Positions 55,232 to 64,000 of a stretch of 64,000 bases of DNA are shown here, piece by piece. The stretch's first letter is position 1. The number at the start of each line of letters is the position of its first letter. A program made the position numbers and the translations under genes. The notes under the pieces were generated by a model. The model had not been told where the DNA came from, made no database searches, and saw only the letters and a program-made list of their open reading frames with translations. This stretch comes from an uncultured Gemmatimonadales bacterium. GTDB taxonomy: Bacteria; Gemmatimonadota; Gemmatimonadetes; Gemmatimonadales; Gemmatimonadaceae. The stretch spans positions 992,001 through 1,056,000 of the forward strand of contig OY969695.1 of assembly GCA_963701965.1 (NCBI GenBank), in the 5' to 3' direction.

Positions 55232-56030
55232 TCGGCCTGTCGGCCGGCCGGTAGACGGGGTTCTCGGCCGTCGCGGCCTCGAGGCGCGGGTCATCCAAGG
55301 CCGTCACCTGCACGACGACCGCCGTGATGTTGTCGAGGCCTCCGCGGCGGTTGGCCTCGCCGATGAGGGCGTCGACGAGCCGACCCGGCGAATGGCGCGA
55401 CAGCATCAGCCGCTGCAGATGCGAGTCCTCCAGCATACCGGTGAGCCCGTCGCTGGCCACCAGGAAGATGTCGCCGACGGCCAACTCCCCGGCGTAGACG
55501 TCCGGCTCCACCTCGGGGCTCGCGCCGACGCAGCGGGTGATGACATTGCTGTACGGATGATAGCGCGCCTGCTCGGGCGTGATATACCCGGCGTCGACCT
55601 GCTCCTGCACGTACGAATGGTCCTTGGTGAGCTGCTCGAGGACCCCGTTGCGCACACGATAGATCCGCGAGTCGCCGACCTGCCCGATGAGATACCGGTT
55701 CCGACTGAGCACGAGCACCGACGCCGTCGTGCCCATGCCCTGTTTGTCGACCTCGGCGATCGTGCGATCGAAGATCGCGCGATTCGCATCCTGGAGGGCG
55801 CCGCGCAGGGATTCGCTCGCCTCGCTGTTCGTGATGTCCGTCAGCGGCGCGATGTCCCGCGTGACGATCTGCACCGCCATCGCGCTCGCCACCTCGCCGG
55901 CGGCGTGGCCACCCATCCCGTCAGCGACCATGAATACGCCGCGGTAGGGGTTGGCCTCGGCGTACATGCTGTCCTCGTTGCCGACGCGGACCATGCCGAC
56001 GTCGGTGCGGCACGCATACGTGAGCTGCAC
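55224..56030 (-). CDS. PP2C-family Ser/Thr phosphatase (Stp1/PrpC-like)
   Basis: NED, VADGMGGH, MGTT, VGDSR, SDGL, GGLDNIT; GTG start 56030. Confidence 0.93.
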   Translation of the reverse strand: MQLTYACRTDVGMVRVGNEDSMYAEANPYRGVFMVADGMGGHAAGEVASAMAVQIVTRDIAPLTDITNSEASESLRGALQDANRAIFDRTIAEVDKQGMGTTASVLVLSRNRYLIGQVGDSRIYRVRNGVLEQLTKDHSYVQEQVDAGYITPEQARYHPYSNVITRCVGASPEVEPDVYAGELAVGDIFLVASDGLTGMLEDSHLQRLMLSRHSPGRLVDALIGEANRRGGLDNITAVVVQVTALDDPRLEAATAENPVYRPADRPNG

Positions 56031-57349
56031 TAGCGCATCCGGAGGACGAAGACGGCGGCGGCGGCGACGAGAGCCAGGGCGACGAGCCATGCCCACCATG
56101 GAACGCCCCCCTTCGCCGGGATTGGCACCGGCGCGGACGCGGGACGCGGACGGGGTGCGGCCGCCGTGGCGGCGGCTGGCGCTGCGCCTTGCGCCGCGGC
56201 GCGCTTGATGACGTCGGCGTTGATCTGTCGCGTGCCGCCGCGCGGATCGGTCGGTTGCTCCACGGCGTTGGCCCGGAAGAGGAGCGGCACGCCGCCGAAA
56301 CGCAGATCCGCGTCCGCCGGCAACCGCTCCTCGGTCGTGATGCGCCGTCCCCCGAGGTGCGTGCCGTTCGTCGAGCCGAGGTCGGTCACGTACCAGACGC
56401 CTTCGCGCCGCTGGAGCTTGGCGTGGGAGTCCGACACGCTCTCCTCGGCAATGATCACGTCGTTGTGGGGTCCGCGGCCGACATGGGCGAGGACCGACGA
56501 GACGGCGTAGACCTGACCCCGGAGCGGGCTCGATCCCACGACTTCCATGGTCGCCAACGGCGGACGCCCGCCAACGGGCATCGCGGTCGTCGGGACAATC
56601 GGCGCGGGAGCCGGAGTCGCCGCCGGGGCGGGAGCCGCCGCCGGCGCGGCCGCGACCGCCGCGACGGCAGCGACGGGCGCCGGCGCCACGGGCTCGGCGA
56701 TGTCGGCATAGAACCGGAACTCTTCGCTGCCGATTTTGAGGACGTCACCGCGGCCGAGGACCTGCATGGCGTCCACGCGCTGGCCATTCACGTAGATGCC
56801 GTTCGTGCTGGTGTCGCTCAGGACGTAGCCCACGTCACCCGGCGCGATCTCGGCGTGGCGCCGGGATACTTCGGAGGACGCGATGACGACGTCGCATCCC
56901 GCGTCGCGTCCAAAGGAGATGCCGGCCGGCGTCACCGCGTACTCGCGGCCGTCCACCAATGAGATCACGCGTCCCCCGGTCGCCAACGTGGCCTTGCCGG
57001 GCGGAGGCGCGCGGAGTTTTTGAAAGTCGGGGAGATTGACACTGGCGATGAACTGGGTGCTGCCCCCTTTGCGATCGTCGCCGTAGAAGAGCTCCGCGTC
57101 GCCAATCTCGATCTTGTCGCCGTGGATCAGGGGCGTTGGTTCGGCGCCAAGCTGGACCCCGTTGACTTTGACTACCGCGCCCGGCGAGGCGCGCCGGATG
57201 GAGACCAGGCTGTCGCGCGACAGGTCGACAACCGCCTGTGTGGACGGCCCCCCCGCCCCCGGTGCGATGACATCAGCTTCCGCGCCACCTATGCGCGTCT
57301 CCCCCACCCGGAGGGCGTACTGCTTGTCATTGAGTTGGAGGTAGGGCAT
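56030..57349 (-). CDS. Triple-FHA-domain membrane protein
   Basis: FGRD..VSRRHA..STNG and VGRG..VSDSHA..STNG FHA domains plus a degenerate N-terminal FHA; C-terminal TM. Confidence 0.88.
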   Translation of the reverse strand: MPYLQLNDKQYALRVGETRIGGAEADVIAPGAGGPSTQAVVDLSRDSLVSIRRASPGAVVKVNGVQLGAEPTPLIHGDKIEIGDAELFYGDDRKGGSTQFIASVNLPDFQKLRAPPPGKATLATGGRVISLVDGREYAVTPAGISFGRDAGCDVVIASSEVSRRHAEIAPGDVGYVLSDTSTNGIYVNGQRVDAMQVLGRGDVLKIGSEEFRFYADIAEPVAPAPVAAVAAVAAAPAAAPAPAATPAPAPIVPTTAMPVGGRPPLATMEVVGSSPLRGQVYAVSSVLAHVGRGPHNDVIIAEESVSDSHAKLQRREGVWYVTDLGSTNGTHLGGRRITTEERLPADADLRFGGVPLLFRANAVEQPTDPRGGTRQINADVIKRAAAQGAAPAAATAAAPRPRPASAPVPIPAKGGVPWWAWLVALALVAAAAVFVLRMR

Positions 57350-57408
57350 TAATGCGAGAGAAGGTATGGGCACCCGCCGAGGCTGGCAAGCATCGATGCC
57401 GGGCTCAG

Positions 57409-59241
57409 TTAGATGTCAGATGCGACAACCCGGTCCCGCGCAACACCGCCGCTGGCGTCATCCCCTATTTGCAAACGATAGAGTCTCTGATACAAGCCGT
57501 CCTGATCCAGTAGCTCACGGTGCGTGCCGCGTTCGCGGATTTCCCCGTGATGCATGACAAGGATCTCGTCGGCGCCGATGATCGTGCTCAGCCGATGGGC
57601 GACCGCGATCGTCGTTCGTCCCTGCATGAGCACGGCCAGGGCGCGCTGGATCTCGGCCTCGATCTCGCTGTCCACCGCGCTGGTCGCTTCGTCGAGCAGT
57701 AGCAACGCCGGGTCGGCGGCGATGGCCCTGGCGAATGACAGGAGTTGGCGTTCGCCGACACTGATCGACGCCCCCCGCTCGCCGAGTTGCTGCGACCACC
57801 GGCCGGGGAGCCGCTCAATGACGCGGTCCGCACCGACGCGCGCGGCGGCGCGCTGCACATCGTGGTCGGGCACCGTGCTCGACAGCCGGATGTTCGTCAT
57901 CACATCGCCGGCAAACAGAAAGATGTCCTGCTGCACATACCCAATGCGGGCGCGGAGGTCGGCGATCGGCATCTCACGGATGTCGACGCCGTCCACGAGG
58001 ATCCGGCCGCGTTGCGGATCGTAGAATCGCATGAGCAGGCTCACCACGGTCGTCTTCCCCGCCCCGGTATGTCCGACCAGGGCGATCGTCTGGCCGGGGG
58101 CCGCGCGAAAGGTGACCCCTTTGAGAACCCACGGGCTCGCGTCAGGGTCACCATACGCAAACCATACATCCTGAAACTCAACCGTCACGCCCGACTCGCG
58201 GCGCGGGACCGCCACCGTGCCGCCAGTGCGGCCTTCCGGCTCGTCCAACAGCTTGAAGATCCGCTCCGACGACGCCATGGCCTGCTGCAGGGTGTTGTAC
58301 TTGTCGGACAGATCCTGCAGCGGCTGAAAGAACCGGCGCACCAGTTGGAGAAACGCCGCGACCGTGCCGACGGTGAGCGTCGTCGCCCGCACGCGGCCCG
58401 CGCCGGCGACGAGCAGGCTGGCCAGCGCCACGGATGTCAAGATTTCGATCGCGGGAAAATAGAGGGCGTAGATCGTGATCGACTTGAGATTGGCCGTCAG
58501 GTAGCCGCGATTGAGCTCCTCGAACCGGCCGGCCTCGGACGCCTCCTGCCCGAACAACTGGACGATGCGCATGCCGGTGAGGCGTTCCTGGAGGAACGCA
58601 TTGATCCGGGCCAAACGCGTCCGGAGGTCGCGGTAGGATTGCCGGACCTTGATGCGGAAAATGTTCGACGTCAGCCAGATGAGCGGGATGACCGCGAAGG
58701 CCGCCAACGCCAGCCGCCAGTCGTCGGCGATCATGGCCACGGCGATGGCCAGCAGGGTGAACAGGTCACCGAGGCCGGACACCACCCCGGCGGTGAAGAG
58801 CTCGTTCAGCGCTTCGACGTCGGACGTCACCCGCGTCACGAGCCGGCCCACCGGGTTTCGATCGAAGAACGCCACCGGCAATGCCTGGACATGGGCAAAA
58901 AGCCGGAGGCGGAGATCGCGCATGACCCGCTGGCCGAGAAGGCTGGTGAGGAGCGTCTCGCCGTAGGAGCAGCCGAATTGGGCGGCCAGGGCGACGATGT
59001 AGAGTAGCGCCGCCGTCCGGATGATCCCGCCATCGTGCCGCGGAATGGCGACGTCGATCACCCGCTTGGTCAGCGCGGGCCCGACGAGCTGGAGGCTCCC
59101 TTCGGCGAACAGGAGAACGATGGCGCCAACCACAAGAGGGGTGTACGGTCGCGCATACGCCAAAAGGCGCCGCATCAGCCGCCCATCGTACGCCTTCCCG
59201 AGCGCATCCTCCTCGTGAATGCCGGTCGCCTCTCCAGCCAT
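57409..59241 (-). CDS. ABC exporter, fused permease/ATPase (MdlB/MsbA-like)
   Basis: TMD plus GHTGAGKT, SVGERQ, DEATS, AHRLST. Confidence 0.93.
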   Translation of the reverse strand: MAGEATGIHEEDALGKAYDGRLMRRLLAYARPYTPLVVGAIVLLFAEGSLQLVGPALTKRVIDVAIPRHDGGIIRTAALLYIVALAAQFGCSYGETLLTSLLGQRVMRDLRLRLFAHVQALPVAFFDRNPVGRLVTRVTSDVEALNELFTAGVVSGLGDLFTLLAIAVAMIADDWRLALAAFAVIPLIWLTSNIFRIKVRQSYRDLRTRLARINAFLQERLTGMRIVQLFGQEASEAGRFEELNRGYLTANLKSITIYALYFPAIEILTSVALASLLVAGAGRVRATTLTVGTVAAFLQLVRRFFQPLQDLSDKYNTLQQAMASSERIFKLLDEPEGRTGGTVAVPRRESGVTVEFQDVWFAYGDPDASPWVLKGVTFRAAPGQTIALVGHTGAGKTTVVSLLMRFYDPQRGRILVDGVDIREMPIADLRARIGYVQQDIFLFAGDVMTNIRLSSTVPDHDVQRAAARVGADRVIERLPGRWSQQLGERGASISVGERQLLSFARAIAADPALLLLDEATSAVDSEIEAEIQRALAVLMQGRTTIAVAHRLSTIIGADEILVMHHGEIRERGTHRELLDQDGLYQRLYRLQIGDDASGGVARDRVVASDI

Positions 59242-59268
59242 CCGCTAAAAACTAGTATTATCCACGGC

Positions 59269-59547
59269 GTGCCGCTCTGGCTCCATTGGGTCATCTTGGG
59301 ATTCGTCGCCGGCGCGCTGGCGAAATTTCTCGTGCCGGGTCGCGACCCGGCCGGTTGCATCGTCACGACGGGACTCGGCATTCTCGGCGCGTTCATCGGA
59401 GGATTGATTGGCGCGCGCTTGGGCTGGGGCACGGTGACGGCCGATCACTTTCACCCGCGATCGCTCGCGTTGGCGACGCTGGGCGCGATCGTCGTCTTGG
59501 TGCTGGGGCGCATCGTGTTCGGGGGCCGCGGCAACGCGAAGAGCTAA
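59269..59547 (+). CDS. GlsB/YeaQ/YmgE family stress-response membrane protein
   Basis: WVILGFVAGALAKFLVPGRDPAGC..LGILGAFIGG; GTG start 59269. Confidence 0.88.
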   Translation: MPLWLHWVILGFVAGALAKFLVPGRDPAGCIVTTGLGILGAFIGGLIGARLGWGTVTADHFHPRSLALATLGAIVVLVLGRIVFGGRGNAKS

Positions 59548-59589
59548 GCCCGACTCGGGATCTCTTCGGGGGCACGCTATCTTTCGGCC

Positions 59590-62451
59590 GTGAAGGACCG
59601 GCTGATCGTCCGCGGCGCCCGCCAGCATAACCTCAAGAACGTGAGCCTGGAGATTCCCCGGCGCGCGTTCACGGTGATCACGGGACCGTCGGGCTCGGGA
59701 AAATCGTCCCTGGCGTTCGATACCATCTACGCCGAGGGACAGCGGCGCTACGTCGAATCCTTGTCGGCGTACGCGCGACAGTTTCTCGAGCGCATGGAGA
59801 AACCCGACGTCGACGCGGTCGAGGGACTCTCCCCCGCGGTAGCGATCGAGCAGAAGAATCCCACCAAGACGTCGCGCTCCACGGTCGGGACGGCGACTGA
59901 GATCTACGATTACCTGCGCCTCCTCTGGGCCCGCGTCGGGCACACGTTCTGCCGGCAGTGCGGCCGCGAGCTCCGTCCGGCTACGGTGCAGTCGGTGACC
60001 GACGCGGTCCTGGCGCTGCCCGACACCACCCGCTTCGCGGTGGCGTTTCCCCTGCGCGTGTCGGACGCCGTGTCCCACGCCGTCGTCCTCGAGAACCTGC
60101 AAGCCAGCGGGTTCGTCCGCGTCAGCGTCAGCGGAACGACGCGCACGCTCGACGAGCTGGGCGCCGCCGGCATCGATCTCACGACGGCGACCGACCCGCT
60201 GGTGATCGTCGATCGTCTGGTCGTGTCCCCGGGCGTGGCGTCGCGCTTGGCGGACGCGGTGGGCACGGCGTTCCGGGAAGGCGATGGGGATTGCGTGATC
60301 GTGCTCGCCGATCGCGAGCTCCGGTTCACCGAACGGTTTCAGTGTCCAAATGATGGGACGATCGCGCCCGAGCCCACGCCGCAGCTCTTTTCATTCAACA
60401 ACCCGCGTGGCGCCTGCCCCACGTGCAACGGCTTCGGGGCGGTGCTGGAGTATGACCAGTCGCTCATCGTGCCCAACCCCGCCCTTTCCTTGAGCGACGG
60501 GGCGATCGACCCGTGGGAAAAGCCGCGCTACGACTCGACGCGCCGCACGCTCGCCGACTACGCGCGGCGCGAGAAGATCCCGCTCAACGTCCCGTGGCGT
60601 GACCTGCGCGAAGACCAACGCCACACGTTGCTCCATGCGCCTATCGGCGGGCGCACGAAGCCGTACGTCGGGATCTTTCCGTTTCTCAAGCGGCTCGAGG
60701 CCAAGCGCTACAAGCAGTACATCCGGGTCTTTCTGCGCCAATATCAGTCGGCGCAGGTCTGCCCGTCCTGTCAGGGCGCCAAGCTGCAGCCGGACGCACT
60801 GCACGTGCGCATCGCCGACCGGACGATCGCCGAGGTGGCGGAGCTACCCGTCGACGCGCTTTTGCCGTGGCTCCACGACTTGCCGTTGTCGCCGTTCGAG
60901 CAGGATGTCGCCACGACGCTGCTCCGCGAAGCGCGCGAACGCGTCCGGTTTCTCGTCGACGTCGGGCTGGGATACCTGTCGCTGCATCGGGCGACGCGCA
61001 CGTTGTCCGGGGGCGAAGCGCAACGCATCGCGCTGGCCAACTCGCTGGGCGCGCGACTGGTGGACACGTTGTACGTGCTCGACGAGCCGTCGATCGGCCT
61101 GCACCCGCGGGACATCGACCGGTTGCTCCGCCTGCTGACGCGCCTGCGCGACGCCGGGAACACCGTGCTCGTGGTCGAGCACGATCTGGAAGCCGTGCGG
61201 CGCGCCGACTACATGGTGGAGCTGGGCCCCGGGAGCGGAGAGGCCGGCGGCCACATCGTGTTCGCCGGCCCGATCGCGCGGGCGGCCGAGAGTCCGCTCA
61301 CCGGCGAGTATCTCACGGGGGCGCGGGAGATTCCCCTGCCCGAGGAGCGCCGGCCCGTCGGTCCGCCGTGGCTCACGTTGACCGGCGCGCGTGAACACAA
61401 TGTGTTGGGCGTCGACGTGCGGATCCCCATCGGCGCCATGACCGTCGTGACGGGCGTGTCGGGCTCGGGCAAGAGCACGCTGGTGCACGACATCCTGTAT
61501 CGCGCGCTGGAGACCCGTCTCCGGGGCGACAGTTCGGCCAAGCGCCATCTGGGCGAGGCGGTGGGCACGTACACGTCGCTGACCGGCAGCGAGGCCTTCG
61601 ACGATGTCGTGCTGATCGATCAGGAGCCGATCGGGCGGACGCCGCGCTCCAATCCGGTCACATACATCAAGGCCTACGACGAGATCCGCCGCTTGTTCGC
61701 CGAGACCCCCACGGCGCGCGAGCGGCGCTATACGCCGGGCATCTTCAGCTTCAACGTGCCGGGCGGACGCTGCGAGACGTGCGAAGGCGCCGGTTACATC
61801 GAAGTCGAGATGGTGTTCATGGCCGACGTGTTCGTGCCGTGCGACGTCTGCGGCGGTCGGCGGTTTCGCTCCGACGTGCTCGATGTGACGGTGAAGGGCA
61901 AGAACATCGCGCAGGTGCTCGATCTCACGGTCGAGCAGGCAGTACGCCTCTTCCGCGGCGAGGACCGTCTGACGTCGGCGCTCTGGCAGCTCCAGCGCGT
62001 CGGGCTCGGCTACCTCAAGCTCGGCCAACCGGCGACGACGCTGTCCGGCGGGGAGGCGCAGCGCATCAAGATCGCGCGCGAGTTGACCGCCTCGGCCCGG
62101 TCTGTTGGCCGCAAGCTCTACATCATGGACGAGCCGACGACCGGGTTGCACTTGGAGGACATTCGGAAGCTCGCCGGCGTCCTCGACCGGCTGGTGGATC
62201 AGGGGCATACGCTGGTGTTGATCGAGCACAACCTCGACGTCATCAAGCTCGCGGACTGGGTCATCGATCTTGGGCCCGACGCGGGGATGCAGGGCGGCCG
62301 CGTGGTCGCCATGGGGCGCCCGGAGGACGTCGCCAAGGTCAATGCGTCGCACACCGGCGTGTGGTTGCGGACGGTGCTGCCGACACCTGCCCTCTCGACG
62401 AAACGCGGCGCCGAGTACACTGTTGTGCCATGTATATCGGACCCGAAATAG
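59590..62451 (+). CDS. uvrA: Excinuclease ABC subunit A
   Basis: [32 protein letters not shown], two LSGGEAQRI, zinc fingers. Confidence 0.95.
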   Translation: MKDRLIVRGARQHNLKNVSLEIPRRAFTVITGPSGSGKSSLAFDTIYAEGQRRYVESLSAYARQFLERMEKPDVDAVEGLSPAVAIEQKNPTKTSRSTVGTATEIYDYLRLLWARVGHTFCRQCGRELRPATVQSVTDAVLALPDTTRFAVAFPLRVSDAVSHAVVLENLQASGFVRVSVSGTTRTLDELGAAGIDLTTATDPLVIVDRLVVSPGVASRLADAVGTAFREGDGDCVIVLADRELRFTERFQCPNDGTIAPEPTPQLFSFNNPRGACPTCNGFGAVLEYDQSLIVPNPALSLSDGAIDPWEKPRYDSTRRTLADYARREKIPLNVPWRDLREDQRHTLLHAPIGGRTKPYVGIFPFLKRLEAKRYKQYIRVFLRQYQSAQVCPSCQGAKLQPDALHVRIADRTIAEVAELPVDALLPWLHDLPLSPFEQDVATTLLREARERVRFLVDVGLGYLSLHRATRTLSGGEAQRIALANSLGARLVDTLYVLDEPSIGLHPRDIDRLLRLLTRLRDAGNTVLVVEHDLEAVRRADYMVELGPGSGEAGGHIVFAGPIARAAESPLTGEYLTGAREIPLPEERRPVGPPWLTLTGAREHNVLGVDVRIPIGAMTVVTGVSGSGKSTLVHDILYRALETRLRGDSSAKRHLGEAVGTYTSLTGSEAFDDVVLIDQEPIGRTPRSNPVTYIKAYDEIRRLFAETPTARERRYTPGIFSFNVPGGRCETCEGAGYIEVEMVFMADVFVPCDVCGGRRFRSDVLDVTVKGKNIAQVLDLTVEQAVRLFRGEDRLTSALWQLQRVGLGYLKLGQPATTLSGGEAQRIKIARELTASARSVGRKLYIMDEPTTGLHLEDIRKLAGVLDRLVDQGHTLVLIEHNLDVIKLADWVIDLGPDAGMQGGRVVAMGRPEDVAKVNASHTGVWLRTVLPTPALSTKRGAEYTVVPCISDPK

Positions 62452-62699
62452 TCGTACCGGTGGCCGGGCTCGTCACGCTGACGAGCATCGTGCTGGGTTC
62501 CAAGTGGATCGGCTATAAGCGGATGACCGGTGGCGCGGCACCGGGTTCGCTGGACGCGTTGGAGAAACGGCTGGCGCGGGTCGAGGTGGCCCTGGATGAC
62601 CTGACGACCGAAATCGGCCGGGTCGGTGAGGGACAGCAGTTCTTGACCAAAGTCTTGGCCGACCGCGTCGGGTCGCCGGCGCTGCCGCCGAAACAGTGA
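62430..62699 (+). CDS. Small TM plus coiled-coil protein, paralog 1 of 4
   Basis: ATG 62430; one TM then DALEKRLARVEVALDDLTTEIGRVGEGQQFLTKVL. Confidence 0.8.
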   Translation: MYIGPEIVVPVAGLVTLTSIVLGSKWIGYKRMTGGAAPGSLDALEKRLARVEVALDDLTTEIGRVGEGQQFLTKVLADRVGSPALPPKQ

Positions 62700-62725
62700 T
62701 GCCCTGCATTCCGTAGGATTTAGTA

Positions 62726-62986
62726 ATGCCGGACTCCGTCTTTATCATCGTCATCGTATCGATCGCCGCCGTCTCGAGCTGGGTCCTGATGGCAATCTGG
62801 CGCGGCGGCGGGCGGAAGCAATCGAAGAACTCGCTGGACGCGGTCGAAAAGCGGCTGGCACGCCTCGAGGTGGCGATCGACGATATGGCAACGGAGTTGG
62901 GCCGCGTGACCGAAGGCCAGCGATTCCTTACGCAGGCGCTGGGTGAACGACCTGCTATCCCCGTGATTCGGGAGACCGTACGATGA
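62726..62986 (+). CDS. Small TM plus coiled-coil protein, paralog 2 of 4
   Basis: TM then RLARLEVAIDDMATELGRVTEGQRFLTQAL. Confidence 0.82.
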   Translation: MPDSVFIIVIVSIAAVSSWVLMAIWRGGGRKQSKNSLDAVEKRLARLEVAIDDMATELGRVTEGQRFLTQALGERPAIPVIRETVR

Positions 62987-63238
62987 CACCCAACGATTTT
63001 CACGCCCTCACCGCGGTGCTCGTTTTCGCGTGCCTCACGACCATGGTGTTGGGCTCGCTGTATCTCTGGACCCGCCGCCCGCGGCACAGTGCGGCGCAGG
63101 ACGACGCAGTCGTGCAGCGACTGGCCCGCGTCGAGGTGGCGTTGGATGATGTGACCGCCGAGCTGGCCCGCATGACCGAGGCCCAGCGTTTTCTCACGCA
63201 GGCGCTCGCCGATCGCGCGCTGCCCGTCCAGGCCCATC

Positions 63239-63246
<8 letters not shown>
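62983..63246 (+). CDS. Small TM plus coiled-coil protein, paralog 3 of 4
   Basis: TM then RLARVEVALDDVTAELARMTEAQRFLTQAL. Confidence 0.82.

Positions 63247-64000
<754 letters not shown>

Noticed and set aside
56560..56700. Low-complexity GCC/GCG repeats
   Set aside because: Encodes an ordinary Ala/Pro interdomain linker of the FHA protein.

Overview
High-GC bacterial chromosomal segment, inferred to be Gemmatimonadota-like from its gene content (ADOP permease, BTAD-kinase, many Hanks kinases, mglBA). It is densely coding, with about 60 CDS. Housekeeping genes include ffs-dnaX-ybaB-recR-mglB-mglA-pgsA-cinA-grpE-dnaJ, iscS-mnmA, pyk, tal and uvrA. Also present are a TolC/MacAB-type export operon, two ECF sigma/anti-sigma loci, Ser/Thr kinase, FHA and PP2C signalling genes, a GT2/HEAT/Hpt-REC/TPR-barrel putative polysaccharide locus with two frameshifts, a four-gene tandem array of small membrane paralogs, and the 3' end of a rifampin phosphotransferase. 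The most striking signal is a 63-bp, GATC-bounded, double-hairpin element (core TGTCCAACCGAC). It is inserted in frame into three unrelated genes, including pyruvate kinase, and each copy adds a 21-aa peptide (EISAQPxSVQPTxDLATRSVA). An intergenic relative keeps the 12-nt core but has entirely different hairpins. Other observations are a non-GNRA apical loop in the SRP RNA and pervasive leaderless-type -10 boxes. No CRISPR array, tRNA, rRNA or transposase was seen.
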